From assembly GCA_963806035.1 (NCBI GenBank), contig CAWDWO010000026.1, forward strand, positions 141,969-205,968: 64,000 bases of DNA, written 5' to 3'. Position numbers and translations under genes: made by a program. The stretch comes from Candidatus Krumholzibacteriota bacterium. Its GTDB lineage: Bacteria > Krumholzibacteriota > Krumholzibacteriia > JAJRXK01. Positions within the stretch are counted from its first letter, which is position 1; each line of letters opens with the position of its first letter. Shown in pieces: positions 17,682 to 27,631 of the stretch. Below the pieces are notes generated by a model. The model was not told the DNA's origin. It was given only the letters and a program-made list of their open reading frames with translations, and searched no databases.

Positions 17682-18487
17682 GGCGTCTCCTGGAAGAGCT
17701 GGGCAAAACGCTGACGCGGACTCTCGCCGCGCATCAGGCCCTCGCCCACCAAGGCGGCATCCACCGGACTCTGCGCGGCCCGGCGCGCATCCTCGACGGC
17801 AAGAATCCCGCTCTCCACCACGCACACCCGTTCCCGCGGGACCCTGGCGCACATCTTGAGTGCTTTCTCAAGGTCTACACGGAAAGTACTCAAATCACGC
17901 GCATTACAACCTATGATCGGAAGCTCCAACGCCAGGAGCCGCCGCAGCTCCTCCTCGCCGTGCGCCTCGGCCAGGGTCTCCAGGCCCAACTCCTGTGCGC
18001 GATCCCTGAAGGCGAGCAGTTGCTCGTCGGAGAGGACCGACGCGAGCAAGAGAACCGCGTCGGCCCCGGCCACCCGCGCTTCCAGAAGCTGGTAGGGATC
18101 CAGAATGAAGTCCTTGCGCAGAAGCGGCAGGGTGACGGCCTGGCGCGCCTCTCGCAGCGCAGCGAGACTTCCGCCGAAATGGTCTTCCTCGGTGAGCACG
18201 GAGAGCGCCCGGCAGCCCGCTGCCTCGAGTTCGCGCGCCAGTCGCGCGGGATCGAAATCTTTCCGGATGATTCCGGCCGAAGGCGAAGCGCGCTTCAATT
18301 CGCCGATGACGCGCAGGGGCGCAGCGTCGCTTTCTCCCTTGCCCGGGCGGCGCAGGGCCGCGCTCAGAGAACGGGTCGGGGGCAACGAGGAATACTCTTG
18401 GGCGAGCGCGGCCAAGGGCCGCTGGCGTCGGCGCTCATCGAGGCGCACGCGCACCGAGGCGAGAATCTTCTGCAAATGCTGGCTCAA
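17678..18487 (-). CDS. trpC: Indole-3-glycerol-phosphate synthase
   Basis: ELKRASPSAG, LSVLTE, LRKDFI, VESGI, LVGE. Confidence 0.96.
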   Translation of the reverse strand: MSQHLQKILASVRVRLDERRRQRPLAALAQEYSSLPPTRSLSAALRRPGKGESDAAPLRVIGELKRASPSAGIIRKDFDPARLARELEAAGCRALSVLTEEDHFGGSLAALREARQAVTLPLLRKDFILDPYQLLEARVAGADAVLLLASVLSDEQLLAFRDRAQELGLETLAEAHGEEELRRLLALELPIIGCNARDLSTFRVDLEKALKMCARVPRERVCVVESGILAVEDARRAAQSPVDAALVGEGLMRGESPRQRFAQLFQETP

Positions 18488-19533
18488 GCTGTCGCTCCGT
18501 GCTGCTGAGAAAAGCGCAGATAGGCTCGCAAGACTTCGACCGCCTCTCCGCGATCGATGCTCTGCTGCGCGCGCGCCACTCCCTCCTTCAAGTCCTCCAC
18601 CAAGTCGGCGACCAGAAGCGCCGCCGCCGCGTTCAGGACGATCGCATCGCGACGCGGGCCCATCTTTCCTTCCAACACTTCCCGCAAGATGGCTGCGTTC
18701 TCGTGAGCATCCCCGCCCTTCAGTGCCTCGGCAGGATGCGGACCCAGGCCGAATTCGCCGGGATCCACGCGACCCTCACTGAGACTTCCATCCACCAAGA
18801 AAGTGCGGCTGGGAGCGCAGACGCTGAGCTCGTCGAGCCCATCGTCTCCGTGGACCAGGAGCGCGCGGCGCGTGCCCAGTTCGCAGAGCGCCTCTCCCAG
18901 CTTGGAAAGGAGCTGGCCTTCGTAGACCCCCACCACTTGATACGGAGCTCCCGCCGGGTTTACCAGCGGGCCCAGGAGATTGAATGCCGTGCGCACGCCG
19001 AGTTCCCGGCGCGGTTCCACCGCGTGTTTCAGCGCGGAGTGGTGCCGCGGTGCGAAGAGAAAGCCGTAGCCCAAGTCGTCGATCGCCTCTTGCACTCGTT
19101 CCTTGCTCAATTCGAGACGCGCACCCAGGGCCTCCATCACATCGGCGCTGCCACAGCGGCTACTCACCGAACGGTTCCCGTGCTTGGCGACGTGGGCGCC
19201 GGCGCCCGCCGCCACCAATGCCGCTCCCGTCGAGATGTTGAAAGTGTGCGCGCCGTCTCCTCCGGTCCCACAGGTATCCACCAGAGGTTCACGAGTGCAG
19301 TGAATGAGCTCGGCGTGAGCGCGCACCGCCTCGGCGAAACCCACGATCTCCTCTACGCTTTCGCCCTTCTGCCTGAGGGCCACCAGCCAGCCCGCGATCC
19401 AGGGAACGCTGGCCTTGCCCTGGAGGATGGCTTCCATCACCCAACGGGCTCGCTCGCGATCGAGGTCCTCCCCCGCCAGCGCACTGCGCAGGATCTGGTT
19501 CAGCTCCCGAGTGGTCTCCTTACGATCCTTCAT
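18484..19533 (-). CDS. trpD: Anthranilate phosphoribosyltransferase
   Basis: DTCGTGGDG, FNIST, KHGNRSVSS, GLDE. Confidence 0.97.
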   Translation of the reverse strand: MKDRKETTRELNQILRSALAGEDLDRERARWVMEAILQGKASVPWIAGWLVALRQKGESVEEIVGFAEAVRAHAELIHCTREPLVDTCGTGGDGAHTFNISTGAALVAAGAGAHVAKHGNRSVSSRCGSADVMEALGARLELSKERVQEAIDDLGYGFLFAPRHHSALKHAVEPRRELGVRTAFNLLGPLVNPAGAPYQVVGVYEGQLLSKLGEALCELGTRRALLVHGDDGLDELSVCAPSRTFLVDGSLSEGRVDPGEFGLGPHPAEALKGGDAHENAAILREVLEGKMGPRRDAIVLNAAAALLVADLVEDLKEGVARAQQSIDRGEAVEVLRAYLRFSQQHGATA

Positions 19534-20123
19534 CGGCACGACTCCAACCAGTTGCGCAGGATCCGGATGCCGTCCTCAGTGAGAATGGACTCGGGGTGAA
19601 ACTGCACGCCCCAGCTCTCGCTCTGCTTGTGCTTGATCGCCATGATCTCGTCGTCCGCGGTCCACGCCACCACCTCGAATTCGCAGGGGAGGCCGCTGCG
19701 CGGGACCTCGAGACTGTGATAGCGCGTGGCGGTGAAGGGGTTCTTCAAGCCGGCGAAGATCCCTCGTTCGCCGTGAAGCACGCGCGAGGTCTTCCCGTGC
19801 AAGATGTGACGGGCCGGTCCGATCGTTCCCCCGAAAGCCTGGGCGAGGGCCTGGTGGCCCAAACAGACTCCCAAGAGGGGGATCTTGCCGGCAAAGGCTT
19901 TGATCGCTTTCAAACTGATCCCCGCGTCGTCAGGAGTCCCCGGACCCGGGGAGACGAGGAGGCCGTCGGGAGAAAGACGACGAATCCCGGCCACGCTGAT
20001 TTCGTCGTTCCGTCGCACTTCGATGTGCGCCCCGAGCTCGCCCAAGTACTGCACCAGGTTGAAGGTGAAGCTGTCATAGTTGTCCAAGACAAGGACCAAT
20101 GGCTTGGAGGATTTCGCGCTCAT
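19530..20123 (-). CDS. trpG: Anthranilate synthase component II (glutamine amidotransferase)
   Basis: DNYDSFT, SPGPG, GVCLGHQ, RYHSL, QFHPES. Confidence 0.95.
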   Translation of the reverse strand: MSAKSSKPLVLVLDNYDSFTFNLVQYLGELGAHIEVRRNDEISVAGIRRLSPDGLLVSPGPGTPDDAGISLKAIKAFAGKIPLLGVCLGHQALAQAFGGTIGPARHILHGKTSRVLHGERGIFAGLKNPFTATRYHSLEVPRSGLPCEFEVVAWTADDEIMAIKHKQSESWGVQFHPESILTEDGIRILRNWLESCR

Positions 20124-21607
20124 TGGAGCTCTCCTCTCTCGGCCCATTCGATGGCCTGGCGCAGCGCGCCCGCCTTTTCGTTCGTCTCTTCGAATTCGCG
20201 CTCGGGGCGGCTGTCCAGCACGATGCCTGCCCCCACGCCGAGACGCACGATGCCCTCTTCCTTGACCATGCTGCGGATGGCGATGCAGGTGTCCATCGAG
20301 CCCGCGAAGGAAATGTATCCCACCGCGCCCGCGTAATTGCCGCGCCGGCGAGTCTCCAATTCGTCGATGATCTCCATGGCGCGAATCTTGGGAGCGCCGG
20401 AAACCGTTCCCGCGGGAAAGCAGGCCGCCAGGGCATCGAAGCAGTCGCAGTCCTCGCGCAACTCGCCGCTGACGTGGCTCACCAGATGAATGACGTGACT
20501 GTACTTCTCCACCGCCATCAACTCGTCGGTACGAACACTACCATAGCGGCACACGCGCCCCAGATCGTTGCGGCCCAAGTCGACGAGCATCACGTGTTCG
20601 GCCCGTTCCTTTTCGTCGGCGAGCAGCTCGGCGATGAGAGCCTCGTCCTCGCGCGCGGTCTTCCCCCGCATCCTGGTGCCGGCAATCGGACGCAACTCGG
20701 CGCGCCCGGACTCCACTCGTACCAGGACCTCCGGAGACGCCCCCACCAGTTGTCTCTTTCCGTAATCGAAGTAGAACATGTAGGGGCTGGGATTGATCAC
20801 GCGTAATGCCCGGTAGACTTCGAAAGCGGAAGCGATGGACTTGCACCAGAGCTCCCGGCTCAAAACGATCTGAAAGCAATCTCCGGCGCGAATGTACTCG
20901 GTGGCGCGCTTTACCGCGCGGCCGAACTGCAGCTTGGACACGCTGGATCGAAAGCGGGGCGCATGGGCCGGTCGGCTGCGGCTCAAGTCGGGGAGAGCTT
21001 CGGCCAGCGCCCTCTCCATGGCATCCAGACGGGCGCGCGCGCGCTCACGGGCACTGGGGACGTCACCGTCGATCGTGGCGCAGGACACCAGTTTCATGCG
21101 ATTGCTCAGGTTGTCGAAGACGACCAGATCAGTGACGAGAAAAAAATCCAATTCTTCCGGGTCGTTCTTGGTGCGGTGACGGTCGGGGATTCTCTCGATT
21201 CCCCGGATGGCGTCATAGGAGATGCTTCCCACCGCGCCCCCGAAGAAGCGAGGCAGACCCTCGACGGGAGCCGCGCGAAAACGCTTCATCCAATCCGCCA
21301 AGGCACGCAGAGGGTTCTTGGTTTTGAACGTGCGCTTGCGCCCATCCCATTCGATGAGCACCCTCTGGCCGCGGGCGCGAAAGCGGCCGCGCGGATTGGC
21401 CCCGAGGATGGAATAGCGTCCCCAGTTTTCGCCTCCCTCCACGCTCTCCAAGAGAAAGCACCGCGAGGAGCCAGCCCGCAGTTTGAGGAGGGCTGAAACC
21501 GGAGTCTCCAGATCGCCCATGAGTTCTCGCACGACCGGCACGAGATTGTAGTGGCGCGCGAGGGAGGAGAAGCGGCGCGCGGTGGGAGTGTCCTGCCGGA
21601 AGCTCAT
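20120..21607 (-). CDS. trpE: Anthranilate synthase component I
   Basis: LLESVEG, NPSPYM, PIAGTR, EHVMLVDLGRND, GTVSGAPK. Confidence 0.96.
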   Translation of the reverse strand: MSFRQDTPTARRFSSLARHYNLVPVVRELMGDLETPVSALLKLRAGSSRCFLLESVEGGENWGRYSILGANPRGRFRARGQRVLIEWDGRKRTFKTKNPLRALADWMKRFRAAPVEGLPRFFGGAVGSISYDAIRGIERIPDRHRTKNDPEELDFFLVTDLVVFDNLSNRMKLVSCATIDGDVPSARERARARLDAMERALAEALPDLSRSRPAHAPRFRSSVSKLQFGRAVKRATEYIRAGDCFQIVLSRELWCKSIASAFEVYRALRVINPSPYMFYFDYGKRQLVGASPEVLVRVESGRAELRPIAGTRMRGKTAREDEALIAELLADEKERAEHVMLVDLGRNDLGRVCRYGSVRTDELMAVEKYSHVIHLVSHVSGELREDCDCFDALAACFPAGTVSGAPKIRAMEIIDELETRRRGNYAGAVGYISFAGSMDTCIAIRSMVKEEGIVRLGVGAGIVLDSRPEREFEETNEKAGALRQAIEWAERGELQ

Positions 21608-23319
21608 GAGCCAGCTCGCGCTCGCGATGATCGAAGAAGTCCACGGGCGACTTGAGCCGCGGCGCGCTTCTCTCCGCCCACCATCCGGCTGAGTTCGGCG
21701 AGGCGTTGATCGCCGTGGACCTGGCCTATGCGCGCCAGGGTCCGTTCCCCGCTGGAAGATTTTTCGGCCACCAGGTGCGTGGCCGCGGCGGCAGCGACCG
21801 CGGGCAGATGGGTGATGACCAGGACCTGGAGCGCGTCGGACATCGCCGACAGTCGCCGCGCCAGGGCTGGTCCGAGATCGGCCCCTACCCCGGCATCCAC
21901 CTCGTCCAAGATCAGAAGAACGGGACGCGTGCCCGTCACCGCGAGGGTCTGGAGGACGAGACTGATGCGGCTCAACTCCCCGCCGCTGGCAATCCTCTCG
22001 ATGGGACCGGGAGCTTCACCGCGATTGGTGCGCACGAACAGTCTGACGCTACCGGGACCTTCCCTGGAGGGCGTGATCCGCGTGCCGGCGAGCTTGATGG
22101 GTCCCTCGGGATCCGCCTGGAGATCGAGCTCGAAACTCAATTCCGCCTCCGCCATCTTCAAATCCGCGAGCAACTCCTTGGCGGCGCGCGCGACTTTGCG
22201 CGCCACGCGGCGCCGCTCCTTCCACAGGCGAACTCCGGCCTGCTCCAGCGCGGCGACGGATTCTCTCAGCGGCGCCAGCAGACGCTCGGGCTCCGCTTCC
22301 TCCCAGTCCTCCCCGTCGAGTTCGCCGCTGAGTTTCTCCAGCAGGCGCAGCAGTTCGCTCTCGCTACGTGCGTACTTACGGCAGAGCGATTCGAGTTGGG
22401 ACAAACGGGCCTGGTCGGCGTCGAGGGCTTCCGGACTGAAATCGGCGCTGTCAAGAAATCGCTCGAGTTCGCGCGTCGCCTCGCTCGCCAACTCGAGCGA
22501 CTGCAACAGCGCCTCCCGCGCTTCGCCGATCACCGCGATGGAGTCTCCCGCGCGTTCGAGCGCTTGGATGGCGCTCGACACCTCACTCACCGCACCTCCC
22601 TCATCGCTCTCCAGGCGCGCCAAGGCCGTCCGCGCCGCCTCGAAGATCTGCGCGCCGTGCATGAGCAGCTCCACTCGTTCGCGCAGCTGCTCCATCTCCC
22701 CCTCTTGCAAATGCGCGTCCGCCAGCTCGCGCCGTTGGAAGAGGAGAATCTCGCGCTGAGCGAGAAATTCCTCGCGGCGCTTCTGCCACAGAGAGAGTTC
22801 GCGTTTGCAGCTCTTGTAGCGATCGTAGGCCGCTTCCCATTCCTCGCGCAGCTCGGCCGAAACCCCGCAGTCGTCCAAGAGGCCGCGATGACGCGCCGGG
22901 TCTTGAATCTGCGTCTGCTGGTGTTGACTGAAGAGTTCGAGCAGCCGCTCACAAATCGCGCGGAGGTGGTTGGCGGAGGTGAGATTGCCGTCCAAAAATG
23001 CGCGCGAGCGCCCGTTGCGCCGCAGCTCGCGCCGCAGGGTGAGGATGCCGTCCGCCGAGAGTTCCACTCCGAGTTCGGCGAGCCAAGCCGCAGCAGAGGG
23101 ACTCTGCTGCAGATCGAAGATGGCCTCGGCCGAGGCCCAGTCCTCACCGGCGCGAATCAAGCTGGATTCGGTCTTCTCTCCGCGTAACCAGCGAACCGCC
23201 TCCACCACCAGTGACTTACCCGCGCCGGTACTGCCACTGAGCGCATTGAGTCCCGGTCCCAGTGAGAGGGAAACGTCGCGGGCGATCGCGAGGTTCTTGA
23301 GACGCAGTTCGGCGAGCAC
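21604..23319 (-). CDS. recN: DNA repair protein RecN
   Basis: GSTGAGKS, coiled coil, ASGGELSR, DEVDAG, ITHLP. Confidence 0.93.
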   Translation of the reverse strand: MLAELRLKNLAIARDVSLSLGPGLNALSGSTGAGKSLVVEAVRWLRGEKTESSLIRAGEDWASAEAIFDLQQSPSAAAWLAELGVELSADGILTLRRELRRNGRSRAFLDGNLTSANHLRAICERLLELFSQHQQTQIQDPARHRGLLDDCGVSAELREEWEAAYDRYKSCKRELSLWQKRREEFLAQREILLFQRRELADAHLQEGEMEQLRERVELLMHGAQIFEAARTALARLESDEGGAVSEVSSAIQALERAGDSIAVIGEAREALLQSLELASEATRELERFLDSADFSPEALDADQARLSQLESLCRKYARSESELLRLLEKLSGELDGEDWEEAEPERLLAPLRESVAALEQAGVRLWKERRRVARKVARAAKELLADLKMAEAELSFELDLQADPEGPIKLAGTRITPSREGPGSVRLFVRTNRGEAPGPIERIASGGELSRISLVLQTLAVTGTRPVLLILDEVDAGVGADLGPALARRLSAMSDALQVLVITHLPAVAAAAATHLVAEKSSSGERTLARIGQVHGDQRLAELSRMVGGEKRAAAQVARGLLRSSRARAGS

Positions 23320-23323
23320 GTCT

Positions 23324-24229
23324 TCAGTCCCCGTCGTAGTCGCCGTCGTCGCGGCCTTCGTTCAGAGTGCGGGGGGTTCCGCCCCAGCGCAATTTCTCGT
23401 GGATGATCTCGAAGAAATTCCGCCGCGGCAGCCGGATGAGATAGGCCGGCTCGTGCGCGCGCCGGAAGGCGATGTGGTCGCCGGTGATCACGTGCTGCCG
23501 CAGCTGTCCGTCGCCCGAGATGACCCCGTCAGGACAGTCGTGCAGAATGATTTCCAGAGGATGGTTGTGGTGCAGCAGAAGCGGCCGTACGGCCAGGCTG
23601 TGCGGGCAGATGGGCGTGATGACCAGCGCGTCCATGGCGGGATCCACGATGGGACCTCCCGCGGAGAGCGAGTACGCCGTGCTGCCGGTGGGCGTGGAGA
23701 CGATGAGTCCGTCCGCGAGATAGCGTCCCAGCGAGGAAGAGTTCACCTTGACTTCGAGGTCGAGCACGCGCGGGGTGGCGCCCATGTTGAGCACCACGTC
23801 GTTCAGCGCCGTCAGTTCGCAGACGATTTCGCCCTCGCGCTGCACGGCCGCGCTGACCTTACGCCGCTTTTCGATGCGGTAGTTGCCCTCGGCCAAAGTG
23901 CTGATCGCGCTCGCGATCTCTTCATGCCTCACTTCCGCCAGGAAGCCGAGACTGCCCAGATTGATTCCCAGCAGCGGAATCTTGTCCTTGCCCACCAGTC
24001 GCGAGGCCATCAAGAAAGTGCCGTCCCCGCCGAGCGTGATGATTGCATCGACGAAGCGAGCCATCTCCTCCTGCTTGACCACCGCTCCCTTCAAACCGAG
24101 TTCGGCGGCCAAGGCTTGCGACATGACCGGTTGGAATCCGTTGGTCAAGAGCTCCCGTCGGCAAACATGCACCGCATCTCTGACGATGGGTTTCGTGAGA
24201 TTCGCGATGAGCCCGATTCGTGTGAGCAC
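23324..24229 (-). CDS. nadK: NAD+ kinase
   Basis: GGDGT, GINLGSLGFL, LND, DGLIVSTPTGSTAYSLSAGG. Confidence 0.96.
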   Translation of the reverse strand: MLTRIGLIANLTKPIVRDAVHVCRRELLTNGFQPVMSQALAAELGLKGAVVKQEEMARFVDAIITLGGDGTFLMASRLVGKDKIPLLGINLGSLGFLAEVRHEEIASAISTLAEGNYRIEKRRKVSAAVQREGEIVCELTALNDVVLNMGATPRVLDLEVKVNSSSLGRYLADGLIVSTPTGSTAYSLSAGGPIVDPAMDALVITPICPHSLAVRPLLLHHNHPLEIILHDCPDGVISGDGQLRQHVITGDHIAFRRAHEPAYLIRLPRRNFFEIIHEKLRWGGTPRTLNEGRDDGDYDGD

Positions 24230-24251
24230 TGTGCGGCTCCTCTGGAGGTTC

Positions 24252-26186
24252 TCAACTCTCGTGATTCTGCGAACGCCGATGGTGCCCGAGGTCGATCCAG
24301 CGCTCGTCCAGGATGAGCCGATTGCGAATTTCGCCGGCGATCGAGGGAGCGTGCAGGCCGCACTGTTCGTGCAGCTTGTTGGGCGGCCCGTGCTGCTGGA
24401 AGCGGTCGGGTAGACCGAAACGCAGCACGCGCGGAGGATGCTTGAGATTCTCGTGGAACAACTCGAGCACCGCCGAGCCGAATCCGCCGGACAGGGTATT
24501 CTCCTCGATCGTCACCACCAATTGATGCGTCGAGGAGAGCTCCAGGAGCAATTCCTCGTCGAGGGGCTTCACGAAGCGCGCATTCACCACGGTGGAACTG
24601 ATCTGCGACTCCTGAAGGATCTCGGCGGTCTCGCTGGCCAGCTGCACGCCGAAGCCGATCCCGATGAGGAGGACCTCCTCCCCTTTGCGCAGCACCTCGC
24701 CCTTTCCGATCGGCAGCGGCTTGTAGTCCTTTTCGAGTTTGACTCCCAAGCCCGCGCCCCTCGGGAAACGCACCGCGATCGGTCCCGCGTCGTAGGCGAG
24801 GCCGGTCGCGATCATCCGCTGCAGCTCGTTCTCGTCCTTGGGTGACATGATCACCATGTTTGGTACCGCGCGCAGGTACGAGAGATCGAAGGCGCCGTGG
24901 TGTGTGGGTCCGTCCGCCCCCACCAACCCGGCCCGGTCCAGGGCGAAGAAGACATTCAACTTTTGCAGGGCGACGTCGTGGATGACCTGGTCATAGGCGC
25001 GCTGCAGAAAGGTGGAGTAGATCGCGCACACCGGCTTCATCTGGCGGCAGGCTAGGCCGGCGGCGAAGGTCACCGCATGCTGTTCGGCGATCCCCACGTC
25101 GAAAAAGCGGTCCGGGTATTCGTGGGCAAAGGCTTTCAATCCCGTCCCCTCGGGCATCGCGGCCGTGATCGCGACCACCCGCCGGTCGTCCCTGGCCAGT
25201 TCCACCAGAGCGTTCCCGAAGACCGAGGTGTACTTCGGTGCGCCCTTGGACTTGGGTGCGGCGGTGACTCCCTCCTTGGGATCGAAACGCGAGACGCCGT
25301 GGTATTTGGCCGCGTCCTTCTCGGCGAAGGAATAGCCCTTCCCCTTGCAGGTGATGACGTGGAGCAGCGTGGGCCCCTTCAGATTCTTGACCTGCTCAAA
25401 GGTGGTGACGAGCAGGTCGATGTCGTGGCCATCCAGCGGGCCGAAGTAACGGAAGCCGAGCGACTCGAAGAGTTGTCCGGGGACCATCAGTGTCTTGAGC
25501 GCCTCTTTGACTCTGCCCGCCATGTCCTGCGCTTTGGTGCCCTTGGGCAGCCTGCCCAAAAGCTTGAAGATCTCGGCCTCCATCGCGGTGTACACCCGAC
25601 CGGAGGTGATCTGGGTCAGGTAGCGGCTCATCGCGCCCACATTGCGCGAAATCGACATCTCGTTGTCGTTCAGGATGACGATGAGATCGCTGTCGAGCTG
25701 GCCGGCGTTGTTCATCCCCTCGTAGGCGATGCCGCCGGTGAGTGCGCCGTCTCCCACCACTGCGATGACGTGGTGGCGTTCCCGGCGCAGATCGCGCGCC
25801 TTGCAGTAGCCCAGAGCGGCGGAAATGGCGGTGGAGGCGTGGCCCACGCCGAAGGTGTCGTGTTCGCTCTCACTGCGCTTGGGGAATCCCGAGATCCCCC
25901 CGTATTGCCGAATGGTCGAGAACTGTTCGCGGCGTCCCGTGAGCAGCTTGTGCCCATAGGCCTGATGTCCCACGTCCCACACGATCTTGTCGCGCGGCGA
26001 ATCGAAGGCGTGGTGCAGCGCAACCGTGAGTTCGGCCACCCCGAGGCTCGCTCCCAGGTGTCCTCCGATCTCGCTCACCACGCGCAGAATCTCCGCGCGC
26101 AACTCGTCCGCGAGCTGACGCAGTTCCTCGGGGCTCAGGCCCGAGACCTGATCCGGGGATTCGATTCCGGGCAGAATTGGAGCCAT
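24252..26186 (-). CDS. dxs: 1-deoxy-D-xylulose-5-phosphate synthase
   Basis: GGHLGASLG, WDVGHQ, GDGALTGG..NDN, GIAEQHAV, DRAG. Confidence 0.97.
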   Translation of the reverse strand: MAPILPGIESPDQVSGLSPEELRQLADELRAEILRVVSEIGGHLGASLGVAELTVALHHAFDSPRDKIVWDVGHQAYGHKLLTGRREQFSTIRQYGGISGFPKRSESEHDTFGVGHASTAISAALGYCKARDLRRERHHVIAVVGDGALTGGIAYEGMNNAGQLDSDLIVILNDNEMSISRNVGAMSRYLTQITSGRVYTAMEAEIFKLLGRLPKGTKAQDMAGRVKEALKTLMVPGQLFESLGFRYFGPLDGHDIDLLVTTFEQVKNLKGPTLLHVITCKGKGYSFAEKDAAKYHGVSRFDPKEGVTAAPKSKGAPKYTSVFGNALVELARDDRRVVAITAAMPEGTGLKAFAHEYPDRFFDVGIAEQHAVTFAAGLACRQMKPVCAIYSTFLQRAYDQVIHDVALQKLNVFFALDRAGLVGADGPTHHGAFDLSYLRAVPNMVIMSPKDENELQRMIATGLAYDAGPIAVRFPRGAGLGVKLEKDYKPLPIGKGEVLRKGEEVLLIGIGFGVQLASETAEILQESQISSTVVNARFVKPLDEELLLELSSTHQLVVTIEENTLSGGFGSAVLELFHENLKHPPRVLRFGLPDRFQQHGPPNKLHEQCGLHAPSIAGEIRNRLILDERWIDLGHHRRSQNHES

Positions 26187-26280
26187 GGATTCCTTTTCCT
26201 CCTCGTCCTTGAAGGCGGGCCCTCTCCGGCCGCGCTTCTGCAGTCTATCCCAGCCCTTGGAAACCGCCAAGGGACGAGCT

Positions 26281-26751
26281 TCAGGGCAAATAGTAGTAGG
26301 CCAGCCCCAGGACAATCCCCAGGACCACTCCCGCCAGGACATGGGCGGGCCGGTGGTTGTAGGAACTCCCCAGCAAGAGCTCCTGGAAGGAGAAGGGGCG
26401 CGCGAGACGCCCCTGGAGGCGCTGCGCGACCGCGAAGGCGAGAGTTCTCCCCTCCTCGACCCGGCCCTTCACCCTCATCGCGTCATGAAGAATGATAGCG
26501 CCATAGATCAGAACGGCATTGTAGGCCGGGTCCTGGCCCCCTCGCGCGCACCAGATGAGGGTCGCAAGGCAGGCGAACACGACCGCGTGCAGGCTGGGAA
26601 AACCGTTGGAGGACACCAGAATCTTCAAGTTCTTCTGCCGCTGAAGCGCCCAATACAGAACGAACTTCAGGATCTGGACCGCCAGCGCGGCCAGGATCAC
26701 GAAAGCCCAAATGGGCAGGATCGCGCCGGAAGTGCCTTCCTCAGCGAGCAC
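26281..26751 (-). CDS. Divergent PAP2 (DUF212) family membrane protein
   Basis: AVQILK, GFPSLH, HDAMRV; lies between ispA and dxs. Confidence 0.75.
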   Translation of the reverse strand: MLAEEGTSGAILPIWAFVILAALAVQILKFVLYWALQRQKNLKILVSSNGFPSLHAVVFACLATLIWCARGGQDPAYNAVLIYGAIILHDAMRVKGRVEEGRTLAFAVAQRLQGRLARPFSFQELLLGSSYNHRPAHVLAGVVLGIVLGLAYYYLP

Positions 26752-27631
26752 GATGCACCAGGGAATCGCAGAGCCAGTTCAGCTCGGGCGACCAGAGGGA
26801 AAGTTCCTGCAGCTGAGAAGTGGATTGGGCCAGAAAGTCGCGCGCCAGCTCTTCGCTCCTCTGCTTGCCGTGCGCTCGGAGAATGGTCAGCTTGCCCTGC
26901 TTCTGATCCTTGCCGGGACTCTTGCCCAGCTCCTGCGCGCTGGCGGTTTCGTCCAGGATGTCGTCGACGATCTGAAACGCGATCCCCAGCCGCACCCCGG
27001 CCTCCTCCGCTCCATCCACTACCGCCGGCTCCGCCTGGGCGCAGAGAGCCCCCAGAGCGAAACTGGCCCCGATCAGCGCGCCCGTCTTGAGACGATGAAT
27101 GGTCTCCACCTCGGGACCTCCGGTCTGCTCGGCCGCCATGAGGTCCCACTGCTGTCCGCTGGCCATTCCCTGCACTCCCGCGCTGCGCGCCAAGCGCAGC
27201 ACACAGGCGCTGGCGAGGGCGGGCGGTGCGATCTCCGCCAGGAGCTCGAAGGCCAGCGTCTGCAGCGCGTCGCCGGCGAGAATGGCCGTCGCTTCGTCGA
27301 AACTGCGATGACAGGAGAGCTGTCCGCGACGCAGGTCGTCGTCGTCCATCGCGGGAAGATCGTCGTGGATCAGGCTGTAGGTATGGAGCATTTCCAAGGC
27401 GATGGCGGCGTTCCAAATCGCGGGAGTACGCTGCGGCGAGCCGCCGGCCGCATCGTGGACCCACAGCGCCAAGAGAGGGCGCAGGCGCTTCCCCCCGCCC
27501 ATCAAGCTGTACTCCATCGCCTCCAGCAGCCGTGGGGCCGCGCCCTCGCGCGCGCGCAGAGCCCGCCCCGCGCGACGGGTCAGCTCCTCGGCGTCGCTCC
27601 TCATCCTGTCCTGCGGGGTCACTTCCGTCAT
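26741..27631 (-). CDS. ispA: Farnesyl diphosphate synthase
   Basis: GGKRLRP, YSLIHDDLPAMDDDDLRRG, KTGAL, FQIVDDILD. Confidence 0.92.
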   Translation of the reverse strand: MTEVTPQDRMRSDAEELTRRAGRALRAREGAAPRLLEAMEYSLMGGGKRLRPLLALWVHDAAGGSPQRTPAIWNAAIALEMLHTYSLIHDDLPAMDDDDLRRGQLSCHRSFDEATAILAGDALQTLAFELLAEIAPPALASACVLRLARSAGVQGMASGQQWDLMAAEQTGGPEVETIHRLKTGALIGASFALGALCAQAEPAVVDGAEEAGVRLGIAFQIVDDILDETASAQELGKSPGKDQKQGKLTILRAHGKQRSEELARDFLAQSTSQLQELSLWSPELNWLCDSLVHRAR

